From: Mayamaea pseudoterrestris
Lineage: Eukaryota
Assembly: GCA_027923505.1 (NCBI GenBank)
Contig: BROI01000004.1
Coordinates: forward strand, 124,001-188,000
Direction: 5' to 3'
Length of the DNA stretch: 64,000 bases
Positions 54,752 through 64,000 of this stretch are shown piece after piece. Below the pieces are notes generated by a model, which did not search any database, had not been told where the DNA came from, and worked only from the letters and a program-made list of their open reading frames with translations. A program made the position numbers and the translations under genes. Numbering within the stretch: the first letter of the stretch is position 1; every line of letters starts with the position of its first letter.

Positions 54752-57700
54752 TGACCTTGGATCATGCCCCAAGCCACTTTACAAAGAGATTGTGGGGATC
54801 TGATGTTTGCCACTGCTAGGGTAGGCAGTCACATAGTACCTGCTAACTGAAGCTGCTGACCTGAAGGCAAAAGGCAAGCAGAAGGCTGATGCGCAAAACA
54901 AATTACCAAGAAGGTATGTCTTGTGCCCTCGGATCATGCACAGTGGCTGTACGCATAGAGTGTGTGGGCACTTCATGTTTGCCACTGCTAGGTTGGTGTT
55001 CGGCAGTTGGGTAGTACATACCAGCAACTTCTGCGGATCTGGAAGCAGGCAACATGCAGGAGGCAAATGCACAAAGATAATGCGCTATACAATATCCATT
55101 TGTGACCTTGGATCATGCCCCAAGCCAGTTTACAAAGAGATTGTGGGGATCTGATGTTTGCCACTGCTAGGGTAGGCAGTCACATAGTACCTGCTAACTG
55201 AAGCTGCTGACCTGAAGGCAAAAGGCAAGCAGGAGGCTGATGCGCAAAACAAATTCACCAAGAAGGTTTGTCTTGTGCCCTCGGATCATGCACAGTGGCT
55301 GTACGCATAGAGTGTGGGGCACTTCATGTTTGCCACTGCTAGGTTGGTGTTTGGCAGTTGGGTAGTACATACCACTTCTGCGGATCTGGAAGCAGGCAAC
55401 ATGCAGGAGGCAAATGCACAAAGTGAATGCACTATACAATATCCATTTGTGACCTTGGATCATGCCCCAAGCCAGTTTACAAAGAGATTGTGGGGATCTG
55501 ATGTTTGCCACTGCTAGGGTAGGCAGTCACATAGTACCTGCTAACTGAAGCTGCTGACCTGAAGGCAAAAGGCAAGCAGGAGGCTGATGCGCAAAACAAA
55601 TTCACCAAGGAGGTATGTCTTGTGCCCTCGGATCATGCACAGTGGCTGTACGCATAGAGTGTGTGGGCACTTCATGTTTGGCACTGCTAGGTTGGTGTTC
55701 GGCAGTTGGGTAGTACATACCAGCAACTTCTGCGGATCTGGAAGCAGGCAACATGCAGGAGGCAAATGCACAAAGTGAATGCACTATACAATATCCATTT
55801 GTGACCTTGGATCATGCCCCAAGCCAGTTTACAAAGAGATTGTGGGGATCTGATGTTTGCCACTGCTAGGGTAGGCAGTCACATAGTACCTGCTAACTGA
55901 AGCTGCTGACCTGAAGGCAATAGGCAAGCAGGAGGCTGATGCGCAAAACAAATTCACCAAGGAGGTATGCCTTGTGCCCTTGGATCATGCACAGTAGCTG
56001 TACGCATAGAGTGTGTGGGCACTTCATGTTTGCCACTGCTAGGTTGGTGTTCGGCAGTTGGGTAGTACATACCAGCAACTTCTGCGGATCTGGAAGCAGG
56101 CAACATGCAGGAGGCAGATGCACAAAGTGAATGCACTATACAATATCCATTTGTGACCTTGGATCATGCCCCAAGCCAGTTTACAAAGAGATTGTGGGGA
56201 TCTGATGTTTGCCACTGCTAGGGTAGGCAGTCACATAGTACCTGCTAACTGAAGCTGCTGACCTGAAGGCAAAAGGCAAGCAGGAGGCTGATGCGCAAAA
56301 CAAATTCACCAAGGAGGTATGTCTTGTGCCCTTGGATCATGCTCTGTGGCTGTACGCATAGAGTGTGTGGGCACTTCATGTTTGCCACTGCTAGGTTGGT
56401 GTTCGGCAGTTGGGTAGTACATACCAGCAACTTCTGCAGATCTGGAAGCAGGCAACATGCAGGAGGCAAATGCACAAAGTGAATGCACTATACAATATCC
56501 ATTTGTGACCTTGGATCATGCCCCAAGCCAGTTTACAAAGAGATTGTGGGGATCTGATGTTTGCCACTGCTAGGGTAGGCAGTCACATAGTACCTGCTAA
56601 TTGAAGCTGCTGACCTGAAGGCAAAAGGCAAGCAGGAGGCTGATGCGCAAAACAAATTCACCAAGAAGGTATGTCTTGTGCCCTCGGATCATGCACAGTG
56701 GCTGTACGCATAGAGTGTGTGGGCACTTCATGTTTGCCACTGCTAGGTTGGTGTTCGGCAGTGGTGGTTGGTGTACATACCAGCAAGTGAAGCAGGCACC
56801 ATGCAGGAGGCAAATGCACAAAGTGAATGCACTATACAATATCAATTTGTGATCTTGGATCATGCCCCAAGCCAGTTTACAAAGAGATTGTGGGAATCTG
56901 GTGTTTGCCACTGCTAGGGTAGGCAGTCACATAGTACCTGCTAACTGAAGCTGCTGACCTGGACGCAAAAGGCAAGCAGGAGGCTGATGCGCAAAACAAA
57001 TTCACCAAGGAGGTATGTCTTGTGCCCTTGGATCATGCACAGTGGCTGTACGCATAGAGTGTGTGGGCACTTCATGTTTGCCACTGCTAGGTTGGTGTTC
57101 GGCAGTTGGGTAGTACATACCAGCAACTTCTGCGGATCTGGAAGCAGGCAACATGCAGGAGGCAAATGCACAAAGTGAATGCACTATACAATATCCATTT
57201 GTGACCTTGGATCATGCCCCAAGCCAGTTTACAAAGAGATTGTGGGGATCTGATGTTTGCCACTGCTAGGGTAGGCAGTCACATAGTACCTGCTAAATGA
57301 AGCTGCTGACCTGAAGGCAAATGGCAAGCAGGAGGCTGATGCGCAAAACAAATTCACCAAGGAGGTGTGTCTTGTGCCCTCAGATCATGCACAGTGGCTG
57401 TACGCATAGAGTGTGTGGGCACTTCATGTTTGCCACTGCTAGGTTGGTGTTCGGCAGTTGGGTAGAACATACCAGCAACTTCTGCGGATCTGGAAGCAGG
57501 CAACATGCAGGAGGCAAATGCACAAAGTGAATGCACTATACAATATCCATTTGTGACCTTGGATCATGCCCCAAGCCAGTTTACAAAGAGATTGTGGGGA
57601 TCTGATGTTTGCCACTGCTAGGGTAGGCAGTCACATAGTACCTGCTAACTGAAGCTGCTGACCTGAAGGCAAAGGGCAAGCAGGAGGCTGATGCGCAAAA

Positions 57701-60700
57701 CAAATTCACCAAGGAGGTATGTCTTGTGCCCTCGGATCATGCACAGTGGCTGTACGCATAGAGTGTGTGGGCACTTCATGTTTGCCACTGCTAGGTTGGT
57801 GTTCGGCAGTTGGGTAGTACATACCAGCAACTTCTGCGGATCTGGAAGCAGGCAACATGCAGGAGGCAAATGCACAAAGTGAATGCACTATACAATATCC
57901 ATTTGTGACCTTGGATCATGCCCCAAGCCAGTTTACAAAGAGATTGTGGGGATCTGATGTTTGCCACTGCTAGGGTAGGCAGTCACATAGTACCTGCTAA
58001 CTGAAGCTGCTGACCTGAAGGCAAAAGGCAAGCAGGAGGCTGATGCGCAAAACAAATTCACCAAGGAGGTATGTCTTGTGCCCTTGGATCATGCACAGTG
58101 GCTGTACGCATAGAGTGTGTGGGCACTTCATGTTTGCCACTGCTAGGTTGGTGTTCGGCAGTTGGGTAGTACATACCAGCAACTTCTGTGGATCTGGAAG
58201 CAGGCAACATGCAGGAGGCAAATGCACAAAGTGAATGCACTATACAATATCCATTTGTGACCTTGGATCATGCCCCAAGCCAGTTTACAAAGAGATTGTG
58301 GGGATCTGATGTTTGCCACTGCTAGGGTAGGCAGTCACATAGTACCTGCTAACTGAAGCTGCTGACCTGAAGGCAAAAGGCAAGCAGGAGGCTGATGCGC
58401 AAAACAAATTCACCAAGGAGGTATGTCTTGTGCCCTCGGATCATGCACAGTGGCTGTACGCATAGAGTGTGTGGGCACTTCATGTTTGCCACTGCTAGGT
58501 TGGTGTTCGGCAGTTGGGTAGTACATACCAGCAACTTCTGCGGATCTGGAAGCAGGCAACATGCAGGAGGCAAATGCACAAAGTGAATGCACTATACAAT
58601 ATCCATTTGTGACCTTGGATCATGCCCCAAGCCAGTTTACAAAGAGATTGTGGGGATCTGATGTTTGCCACTGCTAGGGTAGGCAGTCACATAGTACCTG
58701 CTAACTGAAGCTGCTGACCTGAAGGCAAAAGGCAAGCAGGAGGCTGATGCGCAAAACAAATTCACCAAGGAGGTATGTCTTGTGCCCTCGGATCATGCAC
58801 AGTGGCTGTACGCATAGAGTGTGTGGGCACTTCATGTTTGCCACTGCTAGGTTGGTGTTCGGCAGTTGGGTAGTACATACCAGCAACTTCTGCGGATCTG
58901 GAAGCAGGCAACATGCAGGAGGCAAATGCACAAAGTGAATGCACTATACAATATCCATTTGTGACCTTGGATCATGCCCCAAGCCAGTTTACAAAGAGAT
59001 TGTGGGGATCTGATGTTTGCCACTGCTAGGGTAGGCAGTCACATAGTACCTGCTAACTGAAGCTGCTGACCTGAAGGCAAAAGGCAAGCAGGAGGCTGAT
59101 GCGCAAAACAAATTCACCAAGGAGGTATGTCTTGTGCCCTCGGATCATGCACAGTGGCTGTACGCATAGAGTGTGTGGGCACTTCATGTTTGCCACTGCT
59201 AGGTTGGTGTTCGGCAGTTGGGTAGTACATACCAGCAACTTCTGCGGATCTGGAAGCAGGCAACATGCAGGAGGCAAATGCACAAAGTGAATGCACTATA
59301 CAATATCCATTTGTGACCTTGGATCATGCCCCAAGCCAGTTTACAAAGAGATTGTGGGGATCTGATGTTTGCCACTGCTAGGGTAGGCAGTCACATAGTA
59401 CCTGCTAACTGAAGCTGCTGACCTGAAGGCAAAAGGCAAGCAGGAGGCTGATGCGCAAAACAAATTCACCAAGGAGGTATGTCTTGTGCCCTCGGATCAT
59501 GCACAGTGGCTGTACGCATAGAGTGTGTGGGCACTTCATGTTTGCCACTGCTAGGTTGGTGTTCGGCAGTTGGGTAGTACATACCAGCAACTTCTGCGGA
59601 TCTGGAAGCAGGCAACATGCAGGAGGCAAATGCACAAAGTGAATGCACTATACAATATCCATTTGTGACCTTGGATCATGCCCCAAGCCAGTTTACAAAG
59701 AGATTGTGGGGATCTGATGTTTGCCACTGCTAGGGTAGGCAGTCACATAGTACCTGCTAACTGAAGCTGCTGACCTGAAGGCAAAAGGCAAGCAGGAGGC
59801 TGATGCGCAAAACAAATTCACCAAGGAGGTATGTCTTGTGCCCTCGGATCATGCACAGTGGCTGTACGCATAGAGTGTGTGGGCACTTCATGTTTGCCAC
59901 TGCTAGGTTGGTGTTCGGCAGTTGGGTAGTACATACCAGCAACTTCTGCGGATCTGGAAGCAGGCAACATGCAGGAGGCAAATGCACAAAGTGAATGCAC
60001 TATACAATATCCATTTGTGACCTTGGATCATGCCCCAAGCCAGTTTACAAAGAGATTGTGGGGATCTGATGTTTGCCACTGCTAGGGTAGGCAGTCACAT
60101 AGTACCTGCTAACTGAAGCTGCTGACCTGAAGGCAAAAGGCAAGCAGGAGGCTGATGCGCAAAACAAATTCACCAAGGAGGTATGTCTTGTGCCCTCGGA
60201 TCATGCACAGTGGCTGTACGCATAGAGTGTGTGGGCACTTCATGTTTGCCACTGCTAGGTTGGTGTTCGGCAGTTGGGTAGTACATACCAGCAACTTCTG
60301 CGGATCTGGAAGCAGGCAACATGCAGGAGGCAAATGCACAAAGTGAATGCACTATACAATATCCATTTGTGACCTTGGATCATGCCCCAAGCCAGTTTAC
60401 AAAGAGATTGTGGGGATCTGATGTTTGCCACTGCTAGGGTAGGCAGTCACATAGTACCTGCTAACTGAAGCTGCTGACCTGAAGGCAAAAGGCAAGCAGG
60501 AGGCTGATGCGCAAAACAAATTCACCAAGGAGGTATGTCTTGTGCCCTCGGATCATGCACAGTGGCTGTACGCATAGAGTGTGTGGGCACTTCATGTTTG
60601 CCACTGCTAGGTTGGTGTTCGGCAGTTGGGTAGTACATACCAGCAACTTCTGCGGATCTGGAAGCAGGCAACATGCAGGAGGCAAATGCACAAAGTGAAT

Positions 60701-63700
60701 GCACTATACAATATCCATTTGTGACCTTGGATCATGCCCCAAGCCAGTTTACAAAGAGATTGTGGGGATCTGATGTTTGCCACTGCTAGGGTAGGCAGTC
60801 ACATAGTACCTGCTAACTGAAGCTGCTGACCTGAAGGCAAAAGGCAAGCAGGAGGCTGATGCGCAAAACAAATTCACCAAGGAGGTATGTCTTGTGCCCT
60901 CGGATCATGCACAGTGGCTGTACGCATAGAGTGTGTGGGCACTTCATGTTTGCCACTGCTAGGTTGGTGTTCGGCAGTTGGGTAGTACATACCAGCAACT
61001 TCTGCGGATCTGGAAGCAGGCAACATGCAGGAGGCAAATGCACAAAGTGAATGCACTATACAATATCCATTTGTGACCTTGGATCATGCCCCAAGCCAGT
61101 TTACAAAGAGATTGTGGGGATCTGATGTTTGCCACTGCTAGGGTAGGCAGTCACATAGTACCTGCTAACTGAAGCTGCTGACCTGAAGGCAAAAGGCAAG
61201 CAGGAGGCTGATGCGCAAAACAAATTCACCAAGGAGGTATGTCTTGTGCCCTCGGATCATGCACAGTGGCTGTACGCATAGAGTGTGTGGGCACTTCATG
61301 TTTGCCACTGCTAGGTTGGTGTTCGGCAGTTGGGTAGTACATACCAGCAACTTCTGCGGATCTGGAAGCAGGCAACATGCAGGAGGCAAATGCACAAAGT
61401 GAATGCACTATACAATATCCATTTGTGACCTTGGATCATGCCCCAAGCCAGTTTACAAAGAGATTGTGGGGATCTGATGTTTGCCACTGCTAGGGTAGGC
61501 AGTCACATAGTACCTGCTAACTGAAGCTGCTGACCTGAAGGCAAAAGGCAAGCAGGAGGCTGATGCGCAAAACAAATTCACCAAGGAGGTATGTCTTGTG
61601 CCCTCGGATCATGCACAGTGGCTGTACGCATAGAGTGTGTGGGCACTTCATGTTTGCCACTGCTAGGTTGGTGTTCGGCAGTTGGGTAGTACATACCAGC
61701 AACTTCTGCGGATCTGGAAGCAGGCAACATGCAGGAGGCAAATGCACAAAGTGAATGCACTATACAATATCCATTTGTGACCTTGGATCATGCCCCAAGC
61801 CAGTTTACAAAGAGATTGTGGGGATCTGATGTTTGCCACTGCTAGGGTAGGCAGTCACATAGTACCTGCTAACTGAAGCTGCTGACCTGAAGGCAAAAGG
61901 CAAGCAGGAGGCTGATGCGCAAAACAAATTCACCAAGGAGGTATGTCTTGTGCCCTCGGATCATGCACAGTGGCTGTACGCATAGAGTGTGTGGGCACTT
62001 CATGTTTGCCACTGCTAGGTTGGTGTTCGGCAGTTGGGTAGTACATACCAGCAACTTCTGCGGATCTGGAAGCAGGCAACATGCAGGAGGCAAATGCACA
62101 AAGTGAATGCACTATACAATATCCATTTGTGACCTTGGATCATGCCCCAAGCCAGTTTACAAAGAGATTGTGGGGATCTGATGTTTGCCACTGCTAGGGT
62201 AGGCAGTCACATAGTACCTGCTAACTGAAGCTGCTGACCTGAAGGCAAAAGGCAAGCAGGAGGCTGATGCGCAAAACAAATTCACCAAGGAGGTATGTCT
62301 TGTGCCCTCGGATCATGCACAGTGGCTGTACGCATAGAGTGTGTGGGCACTTCATGTTTGCCACTGCTAGGTTGGTGTTCGGCAGTTGGGTAGTACATAC
62401 CAGCAACTTCTGCGGATCTGGAAGCAGGCAACATGCAGGAGGCAAATGCACAAAGTGAATGCACTATACAATATCCATTTGTGACCTTGGATCATGCCCC
62501 AAGCCAGTTTACAAAGAGATTGTGGGGATCTGATGTTTGCCACTGCTAGGGTAGGCAGTCACAGAACCTGCTAACTGAAGCGGCTGGGGGGGGAAACCTG
62601 AAGGCAAAAGGCAAGCAGGAGGCTGATGCGCAAAACAAATTCACCAAGGAGGTATGTCTTGTGCCCTCGGATCATGCACAGTGGCTGTACGCATAGAGTG
62701 TGTGGGCACTTCATGTTTGCCACTGCTAGGTTGGTGTTCGGCAGTTGGGTAGTACATACCAGCAACTTCTGCGGATCTGGAAGCAGGCAACATGCAGGAG
62801 GCAAATGCACAAAGTGAATGCACTATACAATATCCATTTGTGACCTTGGATCATGCCCCAAGCCAGTTTACAAAGAGATTGTGGGGATCTGATGTTTGCC
62901 ACTGCTAGGGTAGGCAGTCACATAGTACCTGCTAACTGAAGCTGCTGACCTGAAGGCAAAAGGCAAGCAGGAGGCTGATGCGCAAAACAAATTCACCAAG
63001 GAGGTATGTCTTGTGCCCTTGGATCATGCACAGTGGCTGTACGCATAGAGTGTGTGGGCACTTCATGTTTGCCACTGCTAGGTTGGTGTTCGGCAGTTGG
63101 GTAGTACATACCAGCAACTTCTGCGGATCTGGAAGCAGGCAACATGCAGGAGGCAAATGCACAAAGTGAATGCACTATACAATATCCATTTGTGACCTTG
63201 GATCATGCCCCAAGCCAGTTTACAAAGAGATTGTGGGGATCTGATGTTTGCCACTGCTAGGGTAGGCAGTCACATAGTACCTGCTAAAGAAGCTGCTGAC
63301 CTGAAGGCAAAAGGCAAGCAGGAGGCTGATGCGCAAAACAAATTCACCAAGGAGGTACGTCTTGTGCCCTCTGATCATGCACAGTGGCTGTACGCATAGA
63401 GTGTGTGGGCACTTCATGTTTGCCACTGCTAGGTTGGTGTTCGGCAGTTGGGTAGTACATACCAGCAACTTCTGCGGATCTGGAAGCAGGCAACATGCAG
63501 GAGGCAAATGCACAAAGTGAATGCACTATACAATATCCATTTGTGACCTTGGATCATGCCCCAAGCCAGTTTACAAAGAGATTGTGGGGATCTGATGTTT
63601 GCCACTGCTAGGGTAGGCAGTCACATCGTACCTGCTAACTGAAGCTGCTGACCTGATGGCAAGAGGCAAGCAGGAGGCTGATGCGCAAAACAAATTCACC

Positions 63701-64000
63701 AAGGAGGTATGTCTTGTGCCCTTGGATCATGCACAGTGGCTGTACGCATAAGTTTTGTGTGGGCACTTCATGTTTGCCACTGCTAGGTTGGTGTTCGGCA
63801 GTTGGGTAGTACATACCAGCAACTTCTGCGGATCTGGAAGCAGGCAACATGCAGGAGGCAAATGCACAAAGTGAATGCACTATACAATATCCATTTGTGA
63901 CCTTGGATCATGCCCCAAGCCAGTTTACAAAGAGATTGTGGGGATCTGATGTTTGCCACTGCTAGGGTAGGCAGTCACATAGTACCTGCTAAAGAAGCTG
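54748..64000. repeat. Satellite C: 352-bp tandem repeat (173+179 dimer), >=26 copies, continues past window end
   Basis: TTTGTGACCTTGGATCATGCCCCAAGCC recurs every 352 bp; identical ORF translations at 352-bp steps. Confidence 0.97.

Noticed and set aside
62560..62600. Aberrant satellite unit with a G-run (CGGCTGGGGGGGGAAACC)
   Set aside because: Clustered homopolymer-type changes in one unit look like long-read consensus error rather than biology.
51456..63880. Dozens of repeated 60-144 aa ORFs (MSQGMAMY..., MHLPPACC..., MRKTNSPR...)
   Set aside because: By-products of the satellites; unit lengths 169 and 352 are not multiples of three, and the products have no protein-like features.
51548..64000. 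CRISPR array or rDNA/5S/tRNA array interpretation
   Set aside because: Units repeat in full with no unique spacers, there are no cas genes, the context is eukaryotic, and I recognise no rRNA or tRNA motifs.

Overview
Eukaryotic nuclear DNA, almost certainly from a diatom or closely related photosynthetic stramenopile. The evidence is short GT-AG introns, bipartite signal+'AF/SF' plastid presequences, an Lhcx-type antenna sequence, and very compact gene spacing. Bases 1-51.3 kb hold about 30 tightly packed genes: FTR1 iron permease, PGP phosphatase, HSL-type lipase, DnaJ, LipB, XRCC4-like, MYND, Tic20, CRAL-TRIO, vacuolar sorting receptor, HSF, HMGB, CGL160-like, PITH, EEP/CCR4-like, mL54, REC114-like, DIX+auxilin J, EIPR1, Pumilio, SET and others. 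Several have unusual architectures: an uninterrupted aldose 1-epimerase/N-terminal methyltransferase fusion, a tandem double dCMP deaminase, a ParB-like/zinc-peptidase fusion, and a 5'-truncated Lhcx. About 280 bp upstream of the last gene the sequence switches abruptly to three directly abutting tandem satellites with nucleosome-sized units. These are a diverged ~168-bp array (~5.5 copies), a dyad-rich 169-bp array with a 676-bp 4-mer higher-order repeat (~13.5 copies), and a highly homogeneous 352-bp array (an old 173+179 dimer, >=26 copies, running off the window end). This layered satellite block is a candidate satellite-type centromere or subtelomere and is the most notable feature. All protein calls come from motif recognition by eye; no searches were run.
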